Source: Perna viridis
Lineage: Eukaryota
Direction of reading: 5' to 3'
Length of the DNA: 64,000 bases
Assembly: GCA_037379345.1 (NCBI GenBank)
Contig: CM074522.1
Location: forward strand, 37,949,288-38,013,287
The translations under genes were made by a program, and so were the position numbers. Position 1 is the first letter of the stretch; each line of letters begins with the position of its first letter. This document shows positions 15,401 through 30,018 of the stretch, piece by piece. The notes below the pieces were generated by a model, which did no database searches, was not told where the DNA came from, and saw only the letters and a list, made by a program, of their open reading frames with translations.

Positions 15401-15904
15401 GAAATTTCCCTTAATTAAACTTTCATTACTACTTATGTTCATCTTTTTTATACAATATTAGATAAAAAGTTGAGAAGAAAAAGAAAAAAAAAACAATCTG
15501 CATATTAAGCATTTTGGAATTCGATGAACTGTTTGACAAGCGACTATAAACCAGTAATTTGTACTCTGGTTTTGTAAGAAATATGCGTGAGGAATACCAC
15601 ACGATTCACAATTCACCAAATTAGCGCACAAATAAATAAAAAAAAACTGATTAAAAAAAGACCGAAATGTTATTGACTAATGCAAACTATAAAAAAAAGT
15701 CGAACAAGACTGGTGTGCCGGTAATGCGGTAATGGTCAGCACTTCAAATGTCAAGGTTTGTTTAAGTTAAATCTTTGTATTTTTTTCTTCATAGCAAGAA
15801 TAGTATATGTATATATACAAACGTCTCAGAATGTGACGACTCTATTCACTACGCTGCTCCATCGGATCAAATTGATACAGGGAAGATAACTTAAGCATAG
15901 AAAA

Positions 15905-16172
15905 GTCTGAAAAATTCCCAACGATTTTTGAACTGTTAAATTTACAATTCAACTTTTGGTCGTTTCCTCTGCGGGACTCGAACTCATACCAGCTAGACTA
16001 TATAAAATAAAGCTTTCCCTGACTGGGTCATTCCTCCTCGTAAGATTAATCTAGGACTATTACTTAGTACACGATGTATGGTAATAGGCGATGTCACCGC
16101 GGTACGAGGTCGAGTCCCGCGGAGGGAATGACAAAAAAAATGACAGTTCTATCATCGTTTGGAATTTTTCAG
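15905..16172. mobile_element. Two inverted fragments of a tRNA-derived SINE (15905-15990 minus; ~16085-16172 plus)
   Basis: B-box-like g(t/g)tcgagtcccgc(a/g)gagg followed by a shared acagttc...atcgtt(g/t)ggaatttttcaga tail, present in both orientations. Confidence 0.55.
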
Positions 16173-19100
16173 ATCGGCCTGTATAAACTTCATGGGTCCA
16201 CAAAATAACATATTGGCTTTTAAACTTTGAAGTGTATCTTCACCAGTTTTCTACTTCATTTCTGTGAGTCACTTGATATTCTTTTTCTTAGCTTATTATT
16301 TGTCGATTGGTATATTTACTTTTGGATGTTGCTCAACCCAAGAAAACCTTTGATTTGATATTTTATAGAACATATTGAATACAGTGTCCACAAAGATGTT
16401 ATCAGTAAGATAAACGTTATCTAAAATTGATACATCAAGAAAAAAGGGAAAAGTAAATAGTTAAGATAAACTGACAGTAAAAACATATATCTTCAACTTA
16501 ATTAACTGGCTATAGTTTATAGAATGGACGATATCATCGATAACTGGCTTGGGTCAACACATGAAATACATCCATGTTATGAACCAGTGTGTGTCAATAA
16601 TGGCTAACGAACTGACGGAGAATCTACACAAGTGCTTTATAAGTTTACTAATACATTAAAAGTACATGTGTATGTTAGTCATTTCGTATACCTCCAACAT
16701 TAACTGTTGTGTGTTTAGGTATATCACTAACTTAAACTGTTAATATGCTCTTAACTATAAACTTCTGCCGTCTCGACAAGAAATAATTCCAAATAAATAT
16801 AATTACTAACTCAATCGGAACTACTCTGCAATTTCCGCTACACTGAAAAATAACCTCGGCCGTCAAAAGATTTTTTTCTTCAAAAATTCGCCGGAATAAT
16901 AGTTATACGATTTAAAGTATCCTTCATCTAGCGCTAAAAAATCAGTTAGATATTACTAGAAATAATGAACAGTAACTTTTCCAAGACTTCTGGCGCAAAG
17001 CGAGGCCCTAAGTAATGCTCAGTAATTCAACCAGTTTACCGTTAATTTTAGAATCGGATCAGTCAAATTTCGAACAGAATCTTCTGCCTAGTGCCTCAGA
17101 GGTTTGTTTCCGTGTATAAAGAAAGACTGTGTAGTTCTGATTGATCAATCACTGTTATTGTCACAAGGTACATAAATAGAACAGTGACCTATCCAAGGGG
17201 TCAAGGGTTTGAACCCTCCCTTTTTGGAAATGTTTTGTTAATAATTGTGAAAAATCAGGTTAAAATAAACAAATGGCAGCCTCTACCCTTTGATAAATCC
17301 TAGTTCCGCGACTGCAGAATGATGCCATGTTCACAGACATTTTCAGTAGTATCACACCTTGCCCTACCCAGCCAACAATGTGGATACATTTTTGTCTGAC
17401 TCCGAGGTTCTATATTTAATAATAGCTCATGGTACATAATAAGCATTTATACTTTTTTCAATTAAATAAATCAGTATAAACACCCAAAATGATTTATTTT
17501 GACGACTTGAAATTATTTTCACTTGTTCTGGCCGAGTTCGTATATCGGAGGTTTTGTTAAGTAAATTCATATGTATAAGGTGAATTTAAATCCCAATCCC
17601 AACTAGATTAATTGACCCATTTTTTTACTGTGATCGTGATATATTTTACAAGGAGACCTCTACATACATGCCAGGAAGACTTCATCATGCATAGTCTAAT
17701 GCGAGGATTTGTCTTTTCTTAGTTATTTTAATTAAGCAACTTTTTCAATGGTACTTCCTTTTATTTTATTGTTAATGATTAAATATTATAAATCTGATTT
17801 TTAATAATAATACGAATATGTTTTGCAGGTAACTAGGAAGAATAATAGATTATCACTAATGCAATGCTTATTTATGAAAGGGATATGTATATTATTAAAC
17901 GTGTAAATTTATGTCTGTATACCTCATACAGTTATTGTTTCATTGTCTTTATGGAGTATACCTCCAATTGTGTGATAGATTTGGAAAATACAGTTCATAT
18001 CAAAATATTTGTTTATTGTGTAGACTGGGAAGATACAGTTCTTATCAATATATTTGTTTATTGTGTAGGCCATTACAACACTTGTATGGGGTAAACTGCT
18101 TTGGGAGAATGAGTATAGTGTATTGGGGAATGGGGATTTCAAATGGGGAGAATGAGGAAATTAGTTTTTGAAGTATTAATCTAAATGAAACATGTATTAA
18201 ATTCCATCTTTTTTAAGTTTACATGTTGAAGAATTTCAAAATATAACAATCAATTTGAATCGAAAATATTTGACATAGAAAAATGCTTTGAGAATTGTAT
18301 GGTTGGATGGGGATTTTTTTTTAAATTGGGGGATGGTGGATGGAATATGGTGAAAATGAGTAGTTTATACCATTCAGCTGTACTTGTATCACCAACAGTG
18401 TAGTACCAAAACCCAATTGCCTTAACCAATTTTTAATATTACACAATTAATTAAAGAGAAGTACAAAGCACTTCTGAAAGTGATAACATCATCAAAGAAA
18501 TATATCTAGTATTAGCAATTGTAGTCGAGTCAGATTTGAGTTGTCGCGCTTGACTTGTCCCTCATAAATGTTATCATTTTTTACTTTCCATTATTGTTTG
18601 CATCGCATCTTTGTATAGCTATCATGAAATCATACATATCCGAAAACAAGTTTACATTTAGTCGTCTTATCCTGACATTGAACAACCTTCCTAATTTAAT
18701 CATCGTTTTAGATATTTACAATTTATTGATAGATGAATAATAATTGCACACGATGCATTCATCATGCTCACCAAATAGACATTTGGTTGAATACATACAT
18801 TATATCAGAGGCAGATCCTGGATGAAACCGGACCCTGACGTCTGTCAGTGTTTCAATCAGACATGCGGTATACAATGGTTGCGTCTGACATCCACAGCAG
18901 CGTTACTAATTGATTGCGTCATCTGATGCTTATTTTTTATATCATTCTTTGAACTCACATGTCTATTGATTAAGAATGAACAAATATGTGAGTAAATTTT
19001 TAGCGAAATTTAATACAGATAATGCATCATTTGTATTTAAAGTTAGCATGGGAAAAGGTAATTAAACTGTGCAAATTCAAAGATACATTTTGCAAAAGAC

Positions 19101-19369
19101 AAACACAATATCAAAGAAACAATGAAAAATTGAAAAAAACTAAAATCGAAAAAAAAACCAAAAGTTAAAAACAATCCAAAAGAATAAATAAGCAACATAG
19201 TTCTCTCAAAACAGTGGCTGCACTGAAGCTATATGTCGCCTATTTTTTTAAATGAATTAAATTGTTTAAATTCCTGTATCCCCATTCTCCAATTTAAAGT
19301 GCCCATAAACTTAAACTCTTACAATGACTTTACACGAAAAACATTTTGGTACTGGAATACTTAATTTAA

Positions 19370-19715
19370 TTAAACATCTATCTACCCCGATCAACCAATG
19401 ATTATCAACCATCATTTTACTGGTGACCAATCCAATGTTCATCAAACATCCTTCTTTTTTTGCCCAATCAGTGGTTTTTCAAACATTTTTGTGTTCATAG
19501 CCAACCAGCGGTTTATCAAATCCTTCTACCCGTGACCAGAAGGTGGTTTATCAAACATCCCTCTACACACGGCCAACAGTGGTTTATCAAACATTCTTCT
19601 ACTCGTGACCAGCCTGTGGTTAATCAAATCCCTCTAGCCAGTGGTTTATTAAACACCCTTCTACTCGTGACCAACCAGAAGTTAATCAAACACCCCTCTA
19701 CCTTTGACCAACTTA
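19370..19715. repeat. Degenerate minisatellite, ~37-bp unit
   Basis: ccagtggtttatcaaacatccttctactcgtgacca variants; explains the spurious ORF 19460..19804. Confidence 0.8.
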
Positions 19716-20699
19716 TTAAAGTAATCTTAAATATGTCACTGACAACGAATAGATTACTTTTTAGTTTCGGTCAATGTGCCAGAAATAAATATGTAGAAAT
19801 ATAAATGATGCCAAAATGTATATACTGCAAAATACAAAATAAATAGCAAATAACATTTAAAAACTGAGAGGAGACATACAAAGCAAAGATGCCTCCTTAG
19901 AACATGGAAGCAGTGTAAATAAATAAAATACACAGATAAATATATCAACGAAGTATCAAAAGACAAATACGATTGTTGATCAAAATGTTAGAATGAATGC
20001 ATAATATCCTATTTTATCTTCTAAGGTCTTTCTATATTCTTTTGAGGGAAACAGAGTTAAAATTCGGAACTTAAATAATGAGCTAGCATGGGAAATGAAG
20101 CACAAAATGTCAATAAAGCACCATATGGAAAATACAGTAAGTCAATTAGTAAGAAACTGTAAATAAGAATACCGAGAAAATGAAAATCTTGATGACAAAG
20201 ATTTGGTTTTCTCTTTAAAATATTTAACTACATTGTAGTACTAGTATCTGATGCTATCGTTTTAAAATTCAAAATACTATACCATTTGGTTAACCCTCAG
20301 ATGCCTCATCGAACCACTAGACAATCGTATGGGACGTGTCTTTTAATGTTCTGATTGGATAACATAAGAACGTAGAGTACATTTATGAATGAAACATATT
20401 AGTAGCAGACCATGACGAGGGTACCACGAGTAAATTAAATAACAAAATTATTATCGAGATAATTTGTAGATAAAAAACAAATATCTTACCTTAGTTTAAA
20501 CATGAGTAACTTCATGTATCCAATGGGATGATATATCATTTAACCGAACTTAAATGCAGAACACACCACCTATATAGATTATCCACGTCACGAGATCGGC
20601 TACGACACAGACATGATAAAATCAATACGTGATGTGCACTCCTACGTCACAAGTGAAAGCGTGTAGGCTATAACTGTTAGGAGAATTATCAAAATTGTT

Positions 20700-21008
20700 G
20701 TCAATGCCGATAAACGAGTTAGTGCAGATTGTTTGATTTTCAAAATGTAAATATATGCAAATTCTTTTAGGTATGAAAAATAAAACAAAAAATACCACTC
20801 ATATACATAGCAAATTTCGATATGCTGTACACCTGATTCAAGGATATAACAATAAGTGGAATTATTAAAATTGTTTTCGATACCGATAAACAAGTTAATG
20901 CAGATTGTTTAATATTTAAAATGTAAATATATTCAAATTAATCTAGGTATGAAAAATAAAACAATAAATACCAATCATATGTATGGCAAATTTCTATATG
21001 CTGTACAC
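20700..21008. repeat. Direct duplication, ~176-bp period
   Basis: ccgataaac...tgcagattgttt...taggtatgaaaaataaaacaa...atatgctgtacac at 20707 and 20883. Confidence 0.8.
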
Positions 21009-23529
21009 GTGTCTCATATTACTGTTGGCAATGTGCTATATGCTGTGGGTGGATGAATATAAATGCATCTCAAAATTACAACCAAAATACGTCGCGGAAA
21101 AACAAGTCATCTAGAAAAATGCTTTATAGTGTATTATATTAACTTAGTAGAAACACCTGTCGAAGATGCTCTTTTCATAAAATGCTTCATAAATTTATCC
21201 ACCGTTGGCATTTATCCAGTCTATTAAAAAAAACATAGTTTATGATGTAACAGACATGCTGATTTAGTCGTTACATTGCTTTGTGGTATGAAATAAATGA
21301 CATCTAGACATACAATTGCTGTCAGAAAGATTTTCGATTTTAGTCCTATCGTTTCTTCCTCGACTGGGAAGACGAAGAGATTTTATTAATAAAATATACA
21401 ATTTTCATAATAGCTATAACTATAGCTTGACAAACTTAAAGTTAAAACCTTTATTGATATGAATGTCTTATTTTGTGTTCTAGTCTTTGGAATTGCGAAA
21501 ATGAGTTCCATATTGGTCAAGTACAGACATGTTTGGACGTATCTTAAAATTGCTGATTTGTTTATATTGTTTTGTAGGTTTTGTTAATTATGTATTTCTT
21601 TTTTTTTGTATTTTCTGTATCCTGTGATTGCAATAAAGTTATTTCCAATATAAAAAAAACTTCATAGAAACTCCCAATTAAAATTTTGGCAATAAATCGC
21701 AGCAAAACAGATGAGTAATAAAATTGGTATTAAAGTGACCGAGAAAAAAATATTCCATGCAGATAATATTTTTGCATGCATGTTTTCCAATTGATATGTA
21801 AATTTTAGAAGTCAAGGCACAAAAATGAAGGAATGAAAACGAATTGAAATCAATCATCATCAAAAATCAGATTGCAGATACAATCAAATTAAACAAACAG
21901 AAGTCCTCCAGTAACCGAATAATGTATCAGGGACTTCCTATATCAGCAGGGTCATTTTTTACTTCATGTTTAATACTTGCATGTTAGTGCACAGAACCAA
22001 CACGGAATTTACCTGTGACTACCATGAGTATGGTTATTCATTTATCAAAAACTTAAGTTCAAAGCTTGGTTACTTCTTTTTCTTCTTTATGCAATAATGT
22101 GCCTACCACCGAATGGGTGGGAGTTGAAAGTTTCCTGCAATCTTGGTAGAATATTTCTATCTGGTCTTACAAAATCACAAATGCAGAAGTTAGATAAGAA
22201 TTATTTTTTAACATGATCGAAACGAGACCGGACCAGTGTAACTGCCATACATTTTCAGACATAATTTATATGCATATACACTAAGCAAAATATATTTTGA
22301 GTAAAAAGTACTTACGATAAAATATAAGGCTATGAAAGTGGCTACGTTCAGCAGTTAAAAAATCAATTCACATATTTGTCTTTTACAATAATATGAGGTG
22401 CACATCTTCAATCATAAATATAAAAATAATTACTAAAAAGAGTTTGAATAACATTGGTTCAATAGATTTCCCTTAATCAATTCAATAAGTTAATTATGTG
22501 AAAATAAATCGTCAAATATCTCTATAATAAGAGATGTAATATCTTTGTAAACACAGTGAAATGTTTGAATAATATTTTGGTCCACCTTACGACGGAGTCG
22601 AGCGGCAACTAGAACTGCTTTCGTTGTAATGACTTTTAGATATGCCATATGTTGGGATACAAATATTCAAAAAAAGGGCTTAACTCCCTTCCCCACTTTT
22701 CAGTAATAAAATATGTATGATTAGATTTGACACTTACAAATGTGATTCTGAGGATGAACGTTAACTTATTGATGGTAACTACATATTGACAATAATGTAA
22801 GTTAAACAATTTCTTAAAAACGTATGAATCATTATGAAAATTACACATAGGTCAGAAAGTAGATGGAAAAAATGTTATTTCAAATCAGGTACCAACTGAT
22901 TTTATCACAACACGTCATCGTATTTGTCGTAATAAGTATAAATTTAATGATTTCTTCTGTAAGTATAATATATACAGACTTTATTAAAATGCTAGTCTCA
23001 AACGATTTCTCAATAAAAAGAAAAAAAAAACGTAAGCAAGGAATGTATCAACACACTTTTGTAAGAATATTTATAAAGACCATATTGAAAGAAATGTTCA
23101 AAATCTCAACAAATACCCATTTGCGTGTGTTATTACTGTTAAACTCACAATCATCCCATCTTTTATATAACAATATTGAAATATTATGCAACACATCTAT
23201 GTGGGTGGGATTAGAGAAAAAAAACAGAAGATTAGAATGCTCCCTATAATAGAAATTATGTATCTATTAATATTATTCTCTATAGAACATTGTCAAGCTG
23301 TCACAACATCAAAATATTCTATCTAATGTAAAATTAGTAATGACTCAATTCTAGATAAAGGCCAATGTCGAGAAGACAAAGACTGACTGATTTCGAATGT
23401 CCTAGATCACCCCACCTGTAACAGTTACCTAGCGGTCACATTGTTGTAACCTCATACCGACATCAAAGTAAACATCTCAACTTCTATAGAAACAGCAGGT
23501 ACAAATTCAATTTCCCCTTACTTTCTCAA

Positions 23530-23573
<44 letters not shown>
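23530..23573. repeat. (CA)n(TA)n microsatellite
   Basis: Direct reading. Confidence 0.95.
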
Positions 23574-23574
<1 letters not shown>

Positions 23575-24271
23575 GACGTTCACATTTGCAAAACTTGTTA
23601 ATAACGCTGTGCAGTTTGGGTTTTTGCTTTTGATAGAGTAACGGGAAACTGAATGTAGGTACCGTCCACAAAATAAAGTGGCACAAAATGACCGAGTTCA
23701 ACAAGGGAAAATATGGGAAATTTGTGAATTTTATCAATAAAAAGAGGTGCATATCCTTATAATGTAACTATCATTGTATAATGTTTATGTCAGATTAGTT
23801 GAAAGTTTTTGAGTTACAAATGACAAAAAGCAGGTTTCGACAAAAAAGTGACGAACGAAGTCGAACGGCTACTAAACCTGCGTTTACCTTTGGTGACACA
23901 AATTAAAATAGACGGGATAAAACATACGCGACATATATATCCACGAAATGGAATAATGTGCATATATAACCATCGTTATGTTGTCTATTGATTTTAAAAA
24001 AACTACAGCTTGCCGTTATTATAAACAAATTCTATTCCAAAAGATAGCAAACGATGGATCTTTTTAAATTGGTGGTATTTGGTCATATATTACCGGTCAT
24101 GTTCTAGAAGAGTTGAAACTAAAAAAAAGAAATTATTCAAAATTTGTTTTACAGACCAGACTTTAAAAAGCCATTATACAAAATAGTGTTAACAAACATT
24201 TAAAGAAATGAAAACAGTTAACTATCATTAATTTGTTATATGTGCAAGATGTGTCAACATGCTGGATGTGA

Positions 24272-25286
24272 ACTTTGACGTGACTATGTGTATTTTGTAT
24301 GTGTGCATGATATTGTCAATCTTTGATGTGACTATGTGTACTGTTTATGTGCATGATATTGTCAGTCTTTGAGATGACTATGTGTAATGTGTATGTTTGC
24401 ATGAAATTATCAATCTTTGAGGTGATTATGTGTATTGTTTATGTACATTATATTGTCAGTCTTTGAGATGACTATGTGTATTGTGTATGTTTGCATGATA
24501 TTATTAATCTTTAAGGTGACGACGTGTACCGTGTATGTGTGCATGATATTTTCAATCTATGAAGTGACTTTGTGTACCGTTTATGTGTGCATGATTTTTT
24601 TTCAATCTTTGACGTGCCTATGTGACCCATGTATGTGTGCATGATATTGTCAATCTTTGTCGTGACTATATGTACTGTGTATGTGTGCATGATATTTTCA
24701 ATCTTTGACGTGACTATGTGTACTGTTTATGCGTGTGTGTATGATATTTTCAGTCTTTAACGTGACTATGTGTACTGGTTATGTGCATGATATGTTCAAT
24801 CTTTGAGGTGACTATGTGTAATCTTTTTGTGTGCATGATATGTTCAATCTTTGACGTGACTATGTTTACAGTTTATGTGCATGATATTGTCAATCTTTGA
24901 CGTGACTATGTGTACTGTTTATGTGTGTGTGCATGATATTTTCAATCTCTGACTATGCGTACTGTTTATGTGCATGATATGTTCAATCTTTGAGGTGACT
25001 ATTGTACTCTTTATGTGTGCATGATATATTCAATCTTTGACGTGACTATGTGTATTGTTTATGTGCATGATATTGTCAATATTTGATGTGACTATATATG
25101 CTGTTTATGTGCATGATTTTGTTAATTTTTGACATTACTATGTGTACGGTGTATGTGCATGAAGTTGTCAACATTTGACGTACCTATGTGAACTGTTTAT
25201 GGGCATGACATTGTCAATCTTTAACGTTACTGGGATACTGTTTATGTGCATGATATCATCAATCCTTGACTTGACTATGTGTACTG
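24272..25286. repeat. Minisatellite, 46-50-bp unit, ~21 copies
   Basis: tgactatgtgtactgtttatgtgcatgatattgtcaatctttgacg consensus. Confidence 0.92.
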
Positions 25287-25289
25287 CTT

Positions 25290-25500
25290 ATCTGTTTGAT
25301 ATTGTCAAAGAGAGAAAACCAATGGGCAAGAATATCTGACAGAACACATGAAATAACAGGGAAAAACAACACAATAAAAAAACAAATACTAAAATGCACA
25401 GAGACGAGCATCGCGAACCCACTAAACACCTGGAAGAACTAGTTATGTGCTCTGTAAGAGTAAACAGTTCCAGCTTCTTGTAAGACATCCGTCGAGCTGC
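25290..25500 (-). mobile_element. Diverged Naiad-type 3'-end fragment (structured motif at 25406-25500)
   Basis: Reverse complement gcagctcgacggatgtc...aagctggaactgtttactcttacagagcaca...ttagtgggttcgcgatgc followed by a T-rich tract. Confidence 0.55.
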
Positions 25501-28500
25501 CGGATAAAGGTCATATCCGGTAACGTTTGGCCAAAACGATTATTTACGTCATGGTATAAAAAAGTGACTATGACGTCAGTTTTTGTACATCATATCTTTT
25601 TTATAATAGTTTGTGTGTGAACCGTTTATTCCTTACCAAAATGTCGGCATATGTAGTGACAGCAATTTTTGGCAAATCTTATGTCCTATAGCTTGTCAAA
25701 AAAGGTCGTGTATCTGTAGTGTCTGTTATTTGGAAAGATAGGATATTATATCGATAATGATTGTTCAGAGAAAGAATGGCATACGAAAGCTGAATTTAAA
25801 GAATATGTTAACGCGCTATCTTTTTGTTGCAGTAAACCCTGATTACTCAAGACTCTTATGTGTGTAGAAACAGATCAACTATCCCAGCATATGTGCTCAA
25901 TTAGTACCCATCGGTATTCTGATTGACTTGTAAACTTATCACTAAACTTAACAAAGATGATGTCTTCCAAAAATTTAAACAAAGTCATTATTTCATTCAA
26001 CTTCTACATGTTTATTTAATTCTTCTCAACACATTTGCGTCAAATATTAACACTATACACATGATGCAATCAGTTTGTTATTGTTTTGTTGATTTTAACA
26101 GTATTGTGAAAGGATTTTACTCGTTAATAATTCCAAACTATAGTTGAATTATGGTATTTAAGTTCCAGTCGAGCCTCAGACAAAACTGCAAATTTTCGAT
26201 TAGGAAAACAGAAACCTTATAAAGTAATCATCGTTTCACCAAATTCAAAGTTTTTGATTGCATTCGTGAAATACGGATGGGCGTGTCACGAGTCGTCGAA
26301 AGCTCAAAAATGGTAATGCTGATATGTAAAACGATTCGTTAGAACAGAGCGAATGAAACGGTCATTATTTCAATGTTCTTATTCTAGAATAGAGTGTATT
26401 GTATTAATTACAGACATTTTGCATACGTTGGAATAGTTCTACATTGATTTTGTTGGATTGGTCCAGACAAATATATTTCCCTTTTAGACTTAGTCAATAA
26501 GTGCCTATCAAAAATGCTCAATTATTCATCTTTACACTCATAAATATACAACAATTACATAACATTGTCCGTAGTGAAACACAAGATGTAATAAAAATGT
26601 ACAATACGACATCTTTGGTGGATAAGAAATCCAGTTGATGTAGTGATATCAAAAAAGAACCATTCAAATATTCTTCGATTGACAGTCGTAAAACACGATC
26701 AGACAAATAAAGATAGAAAATAATAAACAAGACTGTAATCATGGCTTACTAAAGGAAACCTCAAAAGGCAAATGATCAAAATATAAACAAAATTGTAAAA
26801 CAGGAAGTGACGTCACTCGAATCTAATGTCGAATTCTACTATATGGCTTACATATAAAAAAAAGTTTCTTAAACTACAGAACGGCAGTGATAAACAGTTC
26901 CAGAGAAAACTAACAAAAAATAAAAAAACATGTTGAAGGACGAATGGACGGACACCGTAGTCTTTATATACCATACGGTTTCAAAAATGGGTAAACAAAA
27001 AGACCAAAGTGAGAGTTACGACAAAGGTCAAATAGCAATTTTATAATAATTAGAAACCAACAAATAAACAACATGTTAAGAAAACAAGAATAAAACAAGA
27101 TGAAACCAACAATAGATAACAACAAAGATAAAATAAAGAAATAAGAACAAGAAGGAAATGTGAACAATAAATGGCAAAAGAGATGAACCAATACATATAT
27201 GGAATAAAATGCTTCACAAGGCGCAGATTGATACGACTGCAGTGGTCGAACCTTAAATAATTGGGGCAAATATGGACACACCGTTTAAGCTTAATGTATA
27301 CCTAAAGTTTGATTGCGATTAAATATTTGATACAAGAAACATATTGACCATATATTGAAATATATATACTTTCCAACTTCTGGTACTGCTACAGTCAAAA
27401 CTGATTTCCCCAAATAACGTTTACAGCATTGTGGAGTTGTTATGATATTTGCACTATTCTCATTCTGGGTAATACAGCTTATAAGCAAGCGTAAGAACAT
27501 GTACATAGTTGATAAAAAGAATCTACGAAGCAAATTGTTTTTGCGGTATGCACTTGACAATTTAGGTCTAAAACAATTAACTGATATCCTGTAAATTCAC
27601 ACTGTCTTAACAATCACAAAGAGGTTGAACCCCGGTTTGGTTTTAGTCTTTGTAACTCAATGCCAATCAAATCTTATAACCCGAACAAATCGTAAACAAT
27701 GGGTTAAATATATGTTTGCGAGGTCCGAGCGTTGTTTCCAAGGCAACTTTATAAATCACTGAACGTAGAGGAAACCAATTGTACGAATACCAAGGTTATA
27801 AAGTAAACATAAGCAAAGTTTGAATGGTATTGGTTATAAATAATTACACAATGTAGATCTTAGCATGGCGGACGTACGAACGGACCAAGTCAAGCGGCTA
27901 CTATGAATTTGAAAATGTAGGCACATAGTTTATGGTCCATTGAAGTCTTAAAGGCAGTTCCGTCGTCTAGCTGTTGCAGAAAAGAGATTTCAAAGTTATG
28001 ATAGAATGATCGGAGAATCCTCCTTTGGTGGTGAAATTGCATTTTATGTAATTCATACCTTGAATTACTGACTTTTAAGAAAAATAAATGCCATTTCTGC
28101 TTTTCATATAACAGTTTCAACAAGATTTCATAAAAAGGCTTTGTGGTTTTCATTTCACCATAATACTCCCACTGCCTGATTCTTACAAAGATTCATAGCA
28201 CTTTTAAAAGTGAAAAATACGAACATTTTGCAAACAACATAAAACGTTTTCGCGCTATAAATTATAATAACCAAATGTTGCTTTTCATTTTATACGACAA
28301 CGTCAATTTTGTTAGATCTGCGTCATTTCTAAAGGTATAAAAATCTGAAGAAACCAAGCATTTTTAAAACCAAATAAAATGTTATGTAAGTAATTATATG
28401 GGTGTTATTTTAATAAAAGGATTTTCCATCAAGAAAAAAAGTATTAAATTCAGAGAAAAAAAAAGCTTGATAGCTTTATCACTAAAACCGCACTAAATTT

Positions 28501-29689
28501 ACCTATAACACAATATATTTTTCAACTTGGATTTGCGTCATTTAATAAACTATTTCGTAATTCGTTGGGAAACACGTGTTGGTCTTAAAATGTAAACAAC
28601 TACATGTACAACGACAAATGAAAATTCTCTCACCTCAAGCGTTAAATGTCCTACCAACAACAACAACGTATCTGAAGATTCTCCTACTCATTTGGTACAC
28701 ACTTTTATGGAACTCTTCGAAACTGCGCAATTCCCAATTATAATGTGATTCAAGTCCTTATGTTGACATCTTGCCAAGCTTTTCGTCAGCAGTATATTTA
28801 CGAAAGTGGTATAATTATAATTCCGCTCAATGAATCAGTAAAAGGTATTGATAACAATTAGTCAGTTCCAGCAGCATGAATCAGGATGCCAATAGCAAAA
28901 CATTCTCATGGTCAATCGCTACTATTGACCGTTCAGTGACCTGACCTGGTATATTATTGATAGCGCCGTGGATAAAAACTTACTTATGTAATTTATGTCT
29001 GGGGCACTAACGGACTGGGACAATCGAACAAGACACTAACTCTAGTCCCAATGAGGTCTTTGGAGTATAGAAATCAGAATGTTTTCACTGAAAGAGGAAT
29101 GTGTAAACATCATTGTAGTGGCGATGATATACAATATTGATCTATTGATTTGTTTAGATGTCACTGAGTGCTTTCAGACAGACTTGTTGTATAAATATAA
29201 TTTTGTACTATAAGATGATTAATTAGTACATGTACGCACTTTGAATCCATTTTGACGATTTGTGGGTCTTAAGAAGCAGACAGTATCATAATCACATGTG
29301 ACAACAAAATAGAAACATTCTCCGACATTGGTTGTAGCTTCGTTTCATTTTTTTTACTTTTTGAATAGAATTTAATGATCGAATGAACAGTGGCGGAATA
29401 AAGGGGGTGGCTGTCTTTATAAGGTATGTGTTATTGGTTATTATTTATAACAAATATCATTCAAACTCTGCAGTGTGTTTACTTTATAAACAAATTTCGA
29501 CCATATTAACACCTCACCCCTGAAACCGCTTATGGAATTAAAAATAGCCAAATATTGACTTGTCGGATCTGTTTAGCGAGTTAAACCATGTAGATAGCAA
29601 TCTATTTGACTGAATACGATAATTAGCGAAAGGACGTCTTGTACGCGAGTTCGGTTTTGTCTGTTACACTCGCCCTTCGTTAATCGGTC

Positions 29690-30018
29690 ATCAAGGGGGC
29701 GGCCAACATTAAGTAATCCGATCAGGTCGCGTATTATATTGAATCTTCGCACTAATTCAATGCCAGCGACGGTGGTAATGAATTACATGCTATATCTTGG
29801 GGGATCTATATAAAGTGCCATTAGGTGCGATCAGAGCGATTAAATTATCATTAAATTAGATTACCAATCAATCATTTTTATTGTATGAACAAACTATATT
29901 TTGATTTATAAATGGTCTTGACAATTCTAATTGATTATAACATTCAACTTAATTCGCAATATGCTGCATGTGAATGGCTTCGAAATGGAAAGCTTAACTT
30001 TTAACTTTACTGGTAAGC
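29690..30018 (+). promoter_or_regulatory. Candidate Pol II core promoter and first exon (GC box, TATA, donor)
   Basis: GGGGCGG at ~29696, TATATAAAG at 29807-29815, ATG at 29961 open to a strong donor CTG|gtaagc at 30012/30013; no partner exon identified. Confidence 0.3.

Noticed and set aside
15960-16125. tRNA gene
   Set aside because: Only a B-box/T-arm-like segment; no cloverleaf; continues into SINE-like sequence.
17821-17836. ttttgcag|gtaact recursive-splice-like site
   Set aside because: No plus-strand transcript is supported here, and one such motif is expected by chance in 64 kb.
23600-27900. Helentron/HINE-like fragments (ggacg-rich ends near 23850, 26940 and 27870)
   Set aside because: Suggestive only; cannot be delimited without a repeat library.
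1881-28153. Many 60-130-aa ORFs in the track
   Set aside because: F/I/L/Y/C-rich composition typical of random AT-rich DNA, often with non-ATG starts, and no recognisable motifs or linked splice structure.
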